In this document: one piece after another, positions 18,671 through 28,154 of the stretch
Layout: the number at the start of each line of letters is the position of its first letter
How positions within the stretch are numbered: the stretch's first letter is position 1
NCBI GenBank assembly: GCA_009886115.1
Contig: VFJJ01000176.1
Coordinates: 1 to 54,083, forward strand
Direction of reading: 5' to 3'
Origin: Actinomycetota bacterium
Lineage (GTDB): Bacteria > Actinomycetota > Acidimicrobiia > IMCC26256 > VFJJ01
DNA length: 54,083 nt
The notes under the pieces: model-generated
Database searches by the model: none
What the model was told of the DNA's origin: nothing
The model's input: only the letters and a program-made list of their open reading frames with translations
Made by a program: the position numbers and the translations under genes

Positions 18671-20194
18671 ATGAGGAGCGAGGCCCTCGTCGAGATGCGG
18701 GGCATCCACCGGCGCTTCGGTGAGACCCACGCGCTGGCGGGGGTCGATCTTTGCCTGCGCGCCGGGGAGATCCATGCGCTGCTCGGCTCCAACGGGGCGG
18801 GCAAGACCACGCTGGTGCGGATCCTCGCCGGGCTCGACCGTCCCGACGAGGGCACCGTCACCGTGCTCGGAGAACCCGTCACCAAGTTCGAGCCCAAGGT
18901 GCTCCGGGCGGCCGGCGTCGCCCTCGTGCAGCAGCACTTCACGCTGGTCCCCACGCTGTGCGCATCGGAGAACCTGGTGCTGGCTCGACCCGACGGCTGG
19001 CGCGTGCCCCGTCAACGCTCCGCACGCGCCCGTCTGGGGGCACTCGTCGAACGGACCGGGCTGACGGTACGCGACGACGTTCCGGCCGGCGCGCTCTCGG
19101 TCGGAGAGCAGCAACGCCTGGAGCTGCTGCGGGCCCTCGACGCCGACGCCCGGGTGCTCCTGCTCGACGAGCCGACCGCGGTCCTCACCGATCAGGAAGC
19201 CGAGGCGCTGCTCGCGGTGTGCCGCACGCTGGCGGCCGAGGGACGGGCGCTGGCGTTCATCACGCACCGGCTGGGCGAGGTCTTCGCCGGCGCCGACCGC
19301 GTGACCGTGCTGGCCGAGGGCAGGGAAGTACTGAGCGACGAGCTCGTGACGCAGCACGACCGAGCCGGACTGGCCAGTGCGATGATCGGCCACCAGAGCT
19401 CGGGCGCGTTCACCCATCGGGGCGGACGGGCCGGCGATCGCGCCGCCGGACGCCTCGTGGTCTCGGGCCTGCGCCTCGGACGCTTGCACGGCCTCGACAT
19501 CTCCGTCGCCAGCGGCGAGATCGTCGGCGTCGCCGGCGTCGACGGCAACGGCCAGGCCGACCTCGAGGCTGCGCTCTCGGCCCGGGTGGCGCCGGAGTCC
19601 GGGACCGTCGCCGTCGACGGTGCGGTGCTCGAGCCCGGCGACCCGCGCGGTCGGCGCACCCGGGGCTTGGCGTACATCCCGTCCGACCGCTACCAGTGGG
19701 GACTCATCCGGGCCATGGACCTGGCCGACAACCTGGAGCTGGGCCGGGTTCCCCGGTGGCGGGCTCGACGCTCGCAGCGGCGGGCGGCGAGCGCACCGAG
19801 CCTCGGTCACTGGGACGTTCGCACGAGCGGACCGGCGGCCCGCGCCGCCACGCTGTCGGGGGGCAACGCCCAGAAGCTGGTGCTGGCCCGGGAGCTCGAC
19901 GGGCGTCCCCGGGCCGTGCTGGCGTGCTACCCCACTCGGGGTCTCGACCCGACGGCGGCCGACACGGTCGCGGCCCGGCTCGTGGCCTGCGCCGACGACG
20001 GCGCCGGCGTGTTGTGGATCGGCGCCGAGCTCGACGAGCTGCTGGCCGTGGCCGACCGCATCGTCGTGCTCGCAGGCGGACGTCTGCTGGGACCGTTCTT
20101 CGCCCCGTACGACCGTGCCGCCATCGGCCTGGCCATGGCCGGCGTGCACGACGGCGAGGCCCTCCAACCTGTCGAGGCGGTAGGCGACCGATGA
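18671..20194 (+). CDS. CUT2/NupA-type ABC ATP-binding protein (two NBDs)
   Basis: GSNGAGKT, LSVGEQQR, LLDEPT; second domain GVDGNGQ, LSGGNAQK, PTRGLD. Confidence 0.92.
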   Translation: MRSEALVEMRGIHRRFGETHALAGVDLCLRAGEIHALLGSNGAGKTTLVRILAGLDRPDEGTVTVLGEPVTKFEPKVLRAAGVALVQQHFTLVPTLCASENLVLARPDGWRVPRQRSARARLGALVERTGLTVRDDVPAGALSVGEQQRLELLRALDADARVLLLDEPTAVLTDQEAEALLAVCRTLAAEGRALAFITHRLGEVFAGADRVTVLAEGREVLSDELVTQHDRAGLASAMIGHQSSGAFTHRGGRAGDRAAGRLVVSGLRLGRLHGLDISVASGEIVGVAGVDGNGQADLEAALSARVAPESGTVAVDGAVLEPGDPRGRRTRGLAYIPSDRYQWGLIRAMDLADNLELGRVPRWRARRSQRRAASAPSLGHWDVRTSGPAARAATLSGGNAQKLVLARELDGRPRAVLACYPTRGLDPTAADTVAARLVACADDGAGVLWIGAELDELLAVADRIVVLAGGRLLGPFFAPYDRAAIGLAMAGVHDGEALQPVEAVGDR

Positions 20195-21324
20195 CCGTCG
20201 AGACGGCCGCGACCCGATCAACCACGCCCGGCGCGAGCTCGGGCTCGGGCCCCGGCTCGGGCCCCGGCTTCGCGGCCCGTGTCGCCGAGCGGGCCGGTGC
20301 CGGCGGCCCCGTCGTCTCGATCCTGATCCCCGTGCTCGCGGTCGTCGCGGCGCTGGCGGTGGGTGGGGTGCTCATCGCCTTCGACGGCTCGAACCCGCTG
20401 TCGGTGTACCGCGAGATCGTCAGCGCTGTGCTCACGGGGAACCGTGGGTTCTCCGATACGGCGACCGCAGCCACGCCGCTCATCCTCATCGGCCTCGGTT
20501 ACGCAATCGCCTACCGGGCCCGGGTCTTCACCATCGGCGGCGAGGGCCAGTACCTCATCGGTGCGCTGGCCGGCACCGCCTGGGTCACCGGAGCGGGACT
20601 TCGCGACCTGCCCCGCTGGCCGCTCATCCTCAGCGGCGTCGTGGTCGCCACGCTCGCCGGTGCTGCCTGGAGCGGTCTGGCCGGATGGCTGGGCGTGCGC
20701 TTCGGTGCCAACGTCGTGATCTCCAGCCTGATGCTCGTCTACATCGCCGACTCGGCGCTGGCCTGGGGAGTGCGAGACGGCATTCGCGACCCCGAGTCGT
20801 TCGTGAACCAGAGCCGCCAGATCGGCCGGGCCAGCCTGCCCGAGCTGCCGGGCACGACCACCCACATCGGCTTCGCCATCGCCATCGCCATCGTGCCCTT
20901 GGCGGCAGTGCTGATGGCCCGGCACCGCGGCGGGTTCCGCATCACGGCGTACGGCCACAACCCGAGCGCTCTCGACGCCAACGAGGTCTCCAACCGCACG
21001 GTGATCATCCTCGTGATGGTGATCGCCGGGGCGCTGGCCGGCCTGGCGGGCATCGTCGAGACGACCGGCGTGAACGGACGGCTGGGCGCCCAGGCGTCGG
21101 TCGGCTTCGGGTTCCAGGCCATCATCGTGGCCCTGCTCGGACGGCTCAACCCGGTGGGGGTGGGCATCGCCGGACTGGGTATGGCCGGCTTGACGATCGG
21201 GTTCGAGTCGGCCCAGCGCGAGTTCGACCTGCCGTCGTCGTTGGTGGGCGTGATCACCGCGCTGATCGTGGTGTTCGTGGTGGTCGGCGACGCGCTGGCC
21301 GGTCGAGCCCGGGGAGATCGGTAG
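20191..21324 (+). CDS. nucleoside ABC transporter permease (NupB-like)
   Basis: ATPLILIGLG, FTIGGEGQY, GANVVISSLML, GFQAIIVALLGRLNP; ATGA coupled. Confidence 0.9.
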   Translation: MTVETAATRSTTPGASSGSGPGSGPGFAARVAERAGAGGPVVSILIPVLAVVAALAVGGVLIAFDGSNPLSVYREIVSAVLTGNRGFSDTATAATPLILIGLGYAIAYRARVFTIGGEGQYLIGALAGTAWVTGAGLRDLPRWPLILSGVVVATLAGAAWSGLAGWLGVRFGANVVISSLMLVYIADSALAWGVRDGIRDPESFVNQSRQIGRASLPELPGTTTHIGFAIAIAIVPLAAVLMARHRGGFRITAYGHNPSALDANEVSNRTVIILVMVIAGALAGLAGIVETTGVNGRLGAQASVGFGFQAIIVALLGRLNPVGVGIAGLGMAGLTIGFESAQREFDLPSSLVGVITALIVVFVVVGDALAGRARGDR

Positions 21325-21326
21325 CC

Positions 21327-22196
21327 GTGGACGTCATCTTCAAGCTGGCGACCCTGGAGGCGGCGATCCGCCTGGGCGTCCCCGTGGCCCTGGCCGCGCT
21401 CGGCGCACTGGTGTCGGAGCGGACGGGTGTGCTCAACCTCGGCCTCGAGGGGATGATGCTCTCGGGCGCCCTCGGCGGCTACGCAGCCAACGAAGCGACG
21501 GGCTCGGCCTGGCTCGGCGTGCTCGCGGGCACGCTCATCGGTGCTGGGTGCGGAGCCATCCTGGCCCTGCTGGTGGTCACCGCCCGCGCCAACCAGGTCG
21601 TCACCGGGATCGCGTTCACGCTGCTCGCCCTGTCGGCCACCACCTACCTGTTCCAGCTCCGGTACTCGATCGGCGGCATCCCGCCCCGGGTCAACCGGCT
21701 CGACATGACGCCGCTGGTGCTGTTGACCCTCGCCTGTGTTGCCGCACTGTGGTTCCTGTTCAACCGCACCACCCTCGGGTTGGCGATGGGTGCGGTCGGT
21801 GAGGCTCCCGAAGCCGCCGATGCCTTGGGGTACAAGGTCGAGCGGCTGCGCTGGATCGCCACCATGATCGGCGGCGGTCTGGCCGGCCTCGGCGGCGCTG
21901 CACTCGTGTGCGGCCCGCTCGGACTGTTCATCGAGAACGTCACCGCCGGGCGTGGATGGGTGGCCCTGGCGCTGGTGGTGTTCGCCGGCTGGAAGCCCGG
22001 CGCAGCCGTGGCCGGAGCGATCCTGTTCGGCCTGTGCGACGCCGTGCAGCTGCGCCTGCAGGGCACCGCCACCGATGTGCCCTATGAGGCATTCCTCGCG
22101 CTGCCCTATGTCGTGACGCTGGTGGCGCTGGTACTCCGGGCCCGAGCCAGCCGCACCCCGGCCGCCCTCGGCGTGCCCTACGTGCGCGGCATGTGA
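21327..22196 (+). CDS. nucleoside ABC transporter permease (NupC-like)
   Basis: SERTGVLNLGLEGMML, ANQVVTG, AGRGWVALALVVF, LPYVVT, PAALGVPY. Confidence 0.92.
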   Translation: MDVIFKLATLEAAIRLGVPVALAALGALVSERTGVLNLGLEGMMLSGALGGYAANEATGSAWLGVLAGTLIGAGCGAILALLVVTARANQVVTGIAFTLLALSATTYLFQLRYSIGGIPPRVNRLDMTPLVLLTLACVAALWFLFNRTTLGLAMGAVGEAPEAADALGYKVERLRWIATMIGGGLAGLGGAALVCGPLGLFIENVTAGRGWVALALVVFAGWKPGAAVAGAILFGLCDAVQLRLQGTATDVPYEAFLALPYVVTLVALVLRARASRTPAALGVPYVRGM

Positions 22197-22274
22197 GCGA
22201 AGTTCCACGCCCGGCCGGCAGCGCCCCTCAGCGCTCGAGACTCAGGGTGATCGCCCGAAGCGGAGCGAGACACG

Positions 22275-23381
22275 TCACCGATCGCTTCGGGCGGTCCCGG
22301 TAGCGCCTGCAGCCACGGCCACGGCAGCGGCAACGGCAGCGGCGAGGTCGGCGAGGACGCGGCGCATCTCCAGGGTGATGCGGTCGGCCTTGGTGTGGAT
22401 CTCGGCCGTGGGATCGAGCGGTACGCCCTTGCGGTGCATGCGTTCGAGCAACGCCTGGTCCTCGACGGCTACGGCGAGCTGGAAATCGACGGCGCCCTGA
22501 CGAGCCTCGACGGTGTCGGCGATGTCGTTGCGGTAGTCGGTGCAGTACAGGCGCGTCGTGGTGGCGTTCACGGGCTGGTGGCAGAAGCTGATCGTGAGCA
22601 CGGCGTTCTCGGCCCGGTACTCGATGCGCAGGTACACGTGATGGGGCGGGGTGAACACGAACAGGTCGTGCCGGTCGACGAGCGCGAACTCCTCACCTGC
22701 GCCGTGCGAATCGGCCAACGCCTTGGTGGTGTGGGTGTGGCGCACCTCGAATCGCCAACCGTCCCGGTCGATCCGGTAGTCGGGCACGATCCGGTCGTCC
22801 AACGCGCCGAAGGTGGCGAGGTGCAGGTACGGGAAGTGGCCCTGGTCGAGAAAGTTGTCGGCCATCTGCGCCGCGCTGGCGTTCCAGTCGAGCACCGGTA
22901 AGGGGCAGTTGACGAACGTCGGATCGTCGTGCTCGGGCACGTGCGGAAGCCCGACGAGCGGCTCATCGAGCGCCAGCCACACGAGCCCCAGATGGTCGAT
23001 CGCACCGTGGGCCGGTCGGCACGAGGCCCGAGACGGGATGGGCGCCGTGGGCCCGATGGCCGGGATCTCGACGCAACGGCCGGTGGCGTCGAAGCGGTAA
23101 CCGTGGTAGCCGCATTCGAGGGTGCCATCGACGATACGGCCGGCCGACAACGGCGTGAACCGGTGCGGGCAACGGTCGGGGAACGCCGCCAGCACCCCGT
23201 CGAGCCGCACCACGCACCATCGTTCGCCGAGGAGCTCGACACCGACAGGCCCGTCCGCCACGTCCTCGCTGCGGGCCACCGGATGCCAACAGCGCCGCAA
23301 CGCCGGATGCTCGTTGGTGAACCAACGCTCGTCTCCGGAACGCGCGGTGAGACGATCGGCGGGGACGTTCTTCGGGGCCAT
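22275..23381 (-). CDS. Rieske non-heme iron oxygenase (NdmA/NdmB/VanA-like)
   Basis: WHPVA, CPHR...CGYHG, DNFLDQGHFPYLH, PLDPTAEIHTKAD; ATG at 23381. Confidence 0.88.
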   Translation of the reverse strand: MAPKNVPADRLTARSGDERWFTNEHPALRRCWHPVARSEDVADGPVGVELLGERWCVVRLDGVLAAFPDRCPHRFTPLSAGRIVDGTLECGYHGYRFDATGRCVEIPAIGPTAPIPSRASCRPAHGAIDHLGLVWLALDEPLVGLPHVPEHDDPTFVNCPLPVLDWNASAAQMADNFLDQGHFPYLHLATFGALDDRIVPDYRIDRDGWRFEVRHTHTTKALADSHGAGEEFALVDRHDLFVFTPPHHVYLRIEYRAENAVLTISFCHQPVNATTTRLYCTDYRNDIADTVEARQGAVDFQLAVAVEDQALLERMHRKGVPLDPTAEIHTKADRITLEMRRVLADLAAAVAAAVAVAAGATGTARSDR

Positions 23382-23466
23382 GGCACCATTCTGCTGCCGA
23401 CGGCGCCGATCGTGTGCGCTCGTCCACGCTGGGCGTCGACGGGCGCGCGTGTGGTCGAATGGCGTC

Positions 23467-24315
23467 ATGTTCATCTCGATGGTGGTTCCCCCCGACGATG
23501 CCGACCACGACGATGCGATCTGGTTCGTGGTGCGCAACAACGAGCTCCTCGTGGTCGTCGAGGAAGGGCGGCGCGAGGTCGATGTTCCCGGCACTGTCGG
23601 CGTCAAAGGCAGCGTCGAGCACGACGAGCCGCACTTCCTCGGGATGCTGGCGGGCCGGCCGGTCTGGGCGGCCGGCGTGCCGCACGACCACGCGGCGCCG
23701 GCAACTCCTGCACCCGGAGGCGGGCACTCGTACGAGAACCTCCGGGGCCTGTGGGGACGGGTGCCCGAGCCGTTGTACGGCTTGGCCGGGCGGGCCGTGC
23801 AGATCGTGGAGTGGGACCGAACCCACCGCTTCTGCGGCCGCTGCGGCGAGCCGACGGTGTTGGCCACCCCCGAGCGGGCCCGCAAGTGCCCCCGCTGTTC
23901 GCTGCTGTGCTTCCCCCGCTTGGCCCCGGCCACGATCATGCTCGTCGAACGGGGCGAGCGGGGCGAGGAGTGCCTGCTGGCATGGGGCCGGCAGTTCCCG
24001 ATGCGCATGTTCTCGTGCCTGGCCGGGTTCGTGGAGCCCGGAGAGTCGCTCGAGGAGTGCGTGCGCCGGGAGGTCAAGGAGGAAGTGGGTATCGAGCTCG
24101 ACGAGGTCACCTACTTCGGATCACAGCCCTGGCCCTTCCCCCACCAGCTCATGATCGGCTTCACGGCGACCTGGGCCGGCGGCGAGCTTGAGCTCGACCC
24201 GGTCGAGATCGTCGAGGCCGGGTGGTTCCGGGCCGACGACCTTCCTCCCCATCCGCCGGCCGGGATGAGCATCGCCGGCTCGCTCGTCGAATCCTGGAAG
24301 GCCCGACAGTCGTAG
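23467..24315 (+). CDS. nudC: NAD(H) diphosphatase NudC
   Basis: Zn-ribbon FCGRCG...CPRC, Nudix box GFVEPGESLEECVRREVKEEVG, SQPWPFP. Confidence 0.92.
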   Translation: MFISMVVPPDDADHDDAIWFVVRNNELLVVVEEGRREVDVPGTVGVKGSVEHDEPHFLGMLAGRPVWAAGVPHDHAAPATPAPGGGHSYENLRGLWGRVPEPLYGLAGRAVQIVEWDRTHRFCGRCGEPTVLATPERARKCPRCSLLCFPRLAPATIMLVERGERGEECLLAWGRQFPMRMFSCLAGFVEPGESLEECVRREVKEEVGIELDEVTYFGSQPWPFPHQLMIGFTATWAGGELELDPVEIVEAGWFRADDLPPHPPAGMSIAGSLVESWKARQS

Positions 24316-24348
24316 CGGCCGGGTCGCGCGTCAGAACTCGGACGGAGC

Positions 24349-25026
24349 TCAGACGATACGGCGTTCGGTGGCCCAGATCGTGAGCTCGTGGCGTGACGAG
24401 AGCTGGAGCTTGCGCAGCACCGCCGACACGTGGGTCTCGATGGTCTTCACCGACACGTGCAGCCGGGCTGCCACCTCTTTGTAGGTGTAGCCCCGGGCGA
24501 TGTGGCGCAACACGTCCTTCTCCCGAGGCGTGAGCTGGTCGAGCTCGGGATCGGGGACGATCGGCAACACCGTCGAGAAGGCGTCGAGCACGAAGCCCGC
24601 CAGCCGGGGCGAGAACACGGCGTCGCCGCTGCTGACCCGACGGATGGCATCGACGAGCTCGTCGGGTGCGATCGTCTTGGTCACGTAACCGCGGGCGCCG
24701 GCCCGGATGACGGCGATGACGTCCTCGGCGGCATCGGAAACCGAGAGCGCGAGGAACTTCACGTCGGGATGGGAGTCGCGGAGCGCGTCGATGACTGCGA
24801 TCCCGCCGCCGCCCGGCAGGTGCACGTCGAGCAGCACCACCTCCGGCGCCGTGGCCCGGATGCCGTCGACGGCGCCGGCCACGTCCTCGGCTTCGCCGAC
24901 CACGGTGACCTGAGCGCCGATCTCGGCTCGCACACCCGACCGGAACAGCCGATGGTCGTCGACGATGAACACCCGCACGACCCGGCCGCTCGTTCCACCC
25001 GTCCCACCCGTCCCGCTCCCGGTCAT
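24349..25026 (-). CDS. NarL/LuxR family response regulator
   Basis: VDDH, LLDVHLP, GARGYVTK; LTPREKDVL...KTIETHVSAVLRKL. Confidence 0.95.
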   Translation of the reverse strand: MTGSGTGGTGGTSGRVVRVFIVDDHRLFRSGVRAEIGAQVTVVGEAEDVAGAVDGIRATAPEVVLLDVHLPGGGGIAVIDALRDSHPDVKFLALSVSDAAEDVIAVIRAGARGYVTKTIAPDELVDAIRRVSSGDAVFSPRLAGFVLDAFSTVLPIVPDPELDQLTPREKDVLRHIARGYTYKEVAARLHVSVKTIETHVSAVLRKLQLSSRHELTIWATERRIV

Positions 25027-26279
25027 GAGCTGGCCTCCATGACCTTCAGAGGCACTTCGAGGCGTACCTCGGTGCCCGTACCCGGAGCAGACCACACCTC
25101 GGCCGAGCCACCGACCCGCTGGATGCGACCCTTGATCGAGTCGGCGATCCCCCGGCGTTCGGCGGCAACCGCCATGGGATCGAAGCCGCGGCCCCGGTCG
25201 CGCACGTAGGCCGTTGCCGCGGTCGGGTCGATCTCGACGTACAGGTCGACACTCTCGACCCCGGCGTGCCTCGCCCCGTTGACGAGCGCCTCGCGGGTGG
25301 CCCCGAGCAATGCTCGCAGGGAGTCGTCGAGGTCGTGATCGCCGACCACCACGGTCTCGACCCTGATGTCGTGATCGGCCTCGACCTCCTGCGCGAGCGC
25401 TTCGACGGCCGAGGCCATGGTGACCGGCGGCGCCGAGGCGTCGGCCAGGGCAGCTCGGCCGTAGAGCCACGAGCGCAGCTCGCGTTCCTGGCGGCGGGCC
25501 AGGCTGACCATCCGGCGGGGATCGTCGGCGTTGCGCTGGATGAGCGCCAGCGTCTGGAGCACCGAGTCGTGGAGGTGAGCGGCCATCTCGCCCCGTTCCT
25601 CGGTACGGATGCGTTCGCGACGCTCGTCACCCAGTTGGCGCATGAGGCCGCCGATCCAGGGCCCGAACACCACGAGGGCACCGGCCAGCCCGAGCGAGGC
25701 CGCCACCGCCGCTCGGCGGAGATCGTCGAACGATCCGCCCCGACCCGCCAGCGAGATGGTGCCACCGAGCACCAGCCCGACACCGACGAGCATCCGTACG
25801 ACAGAAGGCCGCCCCGAGAACATCGCCCCGAACGAGGAGCTGCGCACCCCCATCACGCCGGCTCCGATGGCCAGCACCAGCACCGGGAACATGAACCCGT
25901 CGCCCAACCAGAGCCCGAGGCCGCGCAGGATCAGCACGACCCCACCGACGATGCAGCCAGCGGCCAAGGCCCGGCGAGGTTCGGGCGCCTTGGCGGTTGA
26001 CGATCGGGCGCCCCGCACCGGTGGTTCCTGGGTCTCGCCGGGACCGACGGGAGTGACGGGCGGGATCGACACGAACCAGAAGATCCCGTAGACGACGATG
26101 CCGATCCCCCCGGTGAGGGTGAGCACGACCAGGAAGGCCCGCACGAGGAACGGATCGAGACCGAGGCGGGCGCCCAGCCCACCGGCCACGCCCGCGAAGA
26201 CCCGGTCATCGGTGCTGCGTGCGGTCCGCAGCTTGGCGGCGAGCCGATCGATGTGGGCGTGACGCGTTGGACGGGGCAT
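25023..26279 (-). CDS. PspC-domain sensor histidine kinase (HisKA_3)
   Basis: RSTDDRVFAGVAGGLG (PspC), TMs, HLHDSVLQTL, EALVNGARH, DRGRGF. Confidence 0.92.
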   Translation of the reverse strand: MPRPTRHAHIDRLAAKLRTARSTDDRVFAGVAGGLGARLGLDPFLVRAFLVVLTLTGGIGIVVYGIFWFVSIPPVTPVGPGETQEPPVRGARSSTAKAPEPRRALAAGCIVGGVVLILRGLGLWLGDGFMFPVLVLAIGAGVMGVRSSSFGAMFSGRPSVVRMLVGVGLVLGGTISLAGRGGSFDDLRRAAVAASLGLAGALVVFGPWIGGLMRQLGDERRERIRTEERGEMAAHLHDSVLQTLALIQRNADDPRRMVSLARRQERELRSWLYGRAALADASAPPVTMASAVEALAQEVEADHDIRVETVVVGDHDLDDSLRALLGATREALVNGARHAGVESVDLYVEIDPTAATAYVRDRGRGFDPMAVAAERRGIADSIKGRIQRVGGSAEVWSAPGTGTEVRLEVPLKVMEASS

Positions 26280-26316
26280 CGGTCACAAGCGTCGCGCGTC
26301 GCGGGTCGAATGACCA

Positions 26317-26376
26317 TCAGGGATGACCCTGAGACGCGGCCGGAGTCTCAGGGTCATCGCCGGGATGCCCCCGATG
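26317..26376. promoter_or_regulatory. palindromic sites in the divergent promoter region, likely response-regulator binding sites
   Basis: TCAGGG-ATGA-CCCTGA (26317-26332) overlapping a 14-bp inverted repeat GATGACCCTGAGAC/GTCTCAGGGTCATC (26322-26358). Confidence 0.6.
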
Positions 26377-26409
26377 GTTCGGGGCGTGGAGAAGGCGCAT
26401 GCTGGAGCC

Positions 26410-27846
26410 ATGAACGACACCGCCGAGCACGACACCGCAGGGAGCGCCACCGCAGGGAACGGCGCCGCAGGGGACGACGCCGCCGGGGACGACCCGCTCG
26501 CAGCCGGCGCCGCACCCGACGACAGCACCGGGAGTGCGACGGCCGGGGATGAGACCGGACAGAAACCGTGGGACGGCCTCTTCCGCCACCGGGAGGGCCG
26601 GGTCGTCGGCGGCGTCGCGGCGGGCATCGCCGACCGGTTCGGGCTCGATCCCACCGTGGTGCGCATCGCGTTCGTGGTCGTCGGGGTCATGGGTGGCCTC
26701 GGGGTGCTGATCTACCTGGCGCTCTGGCTGCTGATCCCCGAGATCGGCGACGAGAGGCCTCGGACCTTTGCGGCCCGCCGCCGCACCACCCGCTTCTGGC
26801 TGGGCGTGATCGTGCTCGCTGGCGTGGCGGCCGACCTCGTCGATGGCTCCGACCTTCCCAGCTCGGGCTGGCTGTTCGCCCTCTTGCTCATCGGGATCGG
26901 TGTGGCCCTCTGGAAGCCGGTGCTCCCGGGTCCAGGCGGCGGTCGTCGGACGCGCGCCGATCGCACGGGCCGTCCACAACGTGACACTCAAGCGCCTCGC
27001 CAGATCGCCGCTGAAGTCAGAGCCACGATGAAGGCCGAGGCCACCGAACAGGCCCTCGCCCGCTGGCGGGAGCGGCCGCCGCGGCCGCGCTCGTACCTGG
27101 GGCGACTGACGATCGCCGCGGCGCTGATCGCCGGGGGTGTGGCAGCCGGTCTGGAGCGCGCCGACATCGGGAGCGTGAGCCTGGCGCAGACGCTCGGGCT
27201 GACCTTGGCCGTGCTGGGCGCCGGCCTGGTCGTGGGCACGATCTTCGGACGGGCCCGGTGGCTGATCATCCCTGCGCTGGCGCTCACGCCGTTGGTGGCC
27301 GGCTTCGGCACGCTCGAGCACCTCGGCCTCGACGTCGGCGCCGGCACAGGTGAGCGCCGGTACGCGCCCGTCTCGGTCGGTGACCTTTCACCGATGTACG
27401 AGCACGGTATCGGGAAGCTCTCCATCGACCTGACCGGTCTCGAGCTCGACGGCGCGACCGTGCCCGTGAACGCCGAACTGGCGATCGGCACGTTGGTGGT
27501 GCACGTTCCACCCCGTGTCGAGGTCTCCGTGACGGCGCGAGTCGGCGCGGGCGAGATCGAGCTCCACGGCGAGCGCAACATCGTCACGGACGGGCTCGAC
27601 AAGGAGGCGACCGCCACCATCCAGACGGGGGCACCGGGGGCTGGCCGTCTCGAGCTCGTCTTGGAGACCGGTATGGGCGAAGTCCAGGTCCACGTCGACT
27701 CTCCGACACCGGCCGACAACGCCCCGACGCCCCTTCCCTCGACTCCGTTGACTCTGACTCCCTCGACTCTGGGGGCGATTCCCACCTCACCGACGGCACC
27801 CGTCGTACCCACGGCGCCCGTCGCACCGACCACAGGAGGCCGCTGA
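26410..27846 (+). CDS. PspC domain membrane protein with C-terminal LiaF/DUF2154-like beta domain
   Basis: RHREGRVVGGVAAGIADRFGLDPTVVRI...YLALWLLIP; several TMs; YEHGIGKLSIDLT...VPP...VGAGEI. Confidence 0.85.
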   Translation: MNDTAEHDTAGSATAGNGAAGDDAAGDDPLAAGAAPDDSTGSATAGDETGQKPWDGLFRHREGRVVGGVAAGIADRFGLDPTVVRIAFVVVGVMGGLGVLIYLALWLLIPEIGDERPRTFAARRRTTRFWLGVIVLAGVAADLVDGSDLPSSGWLFALLLIGIGVALWKPVLPGPGGGRRTRADRTGRPQRDTQAPRQIAAEVRATMKAEATEQALARWRERPPRPRSYLGRLTIAAALIAGGVAAGLERADIGSVSLAQTLGLTLAVLGAGLVVGTIFGRARWLIIPALALTPLVAGFGTLEHLGLDVGAGTGERRYAPVSVGDLSPMYEHGIGKLSIDLTGLELDGATVPVNAELAIGTLVVHVPPRVEVSVTARVGAGEIELHGERNIVTDGLDKEATATIQTGAPGAGRLELVLETGMGEVQVHVDSPTPADNAPTPLPSTPLTLTPSTLGAIPTSPTAPVVPTAPVAPTTGGR

Positions 27847-28154
27847 TGTCACCTCACCCGTTCGACCCGATCTCGTTCGTGTTCGGAGCGTTGTTCATGG
27901 TCACCGGCATCGCGGCACTGGGAACCTGGCTCGACATCCGTCACCTCGACGCCGACACCAGCTGGTTCCTGCCTGTGGCCTTGGTGGTGCTGGGGCTCGG
28001 GCTGCTCTCGTCGGCCGTCAACCGTCGCGCCCTCGGCGATGACGGCAGTGGGGCCGGGTCGCGGTCGACGGCATCCGACACCGTCGACCGGGACCCCGAT
28101 CACCAGACAGACCAAGCAGACAGCCCCAGCAATCCCTCAGCGTGGCCGGTGTAG
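27846..28154 (+). CDS. small two-TM membrane protein of the PspC locus
   Basis: HPFDPISFVFGALF, WFLPVALVVLGL; TGATG coupling. Confidence 0.7.
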   Translation: MSPHPFDPISFVFGALFMVTGIAALGTWLDIRHLDADTSWFLPVALVVLGLGLLSSAVNRRALGDDGSGAGSRSTASDTVDRDPDHQTDQADSPSNPSAWPV

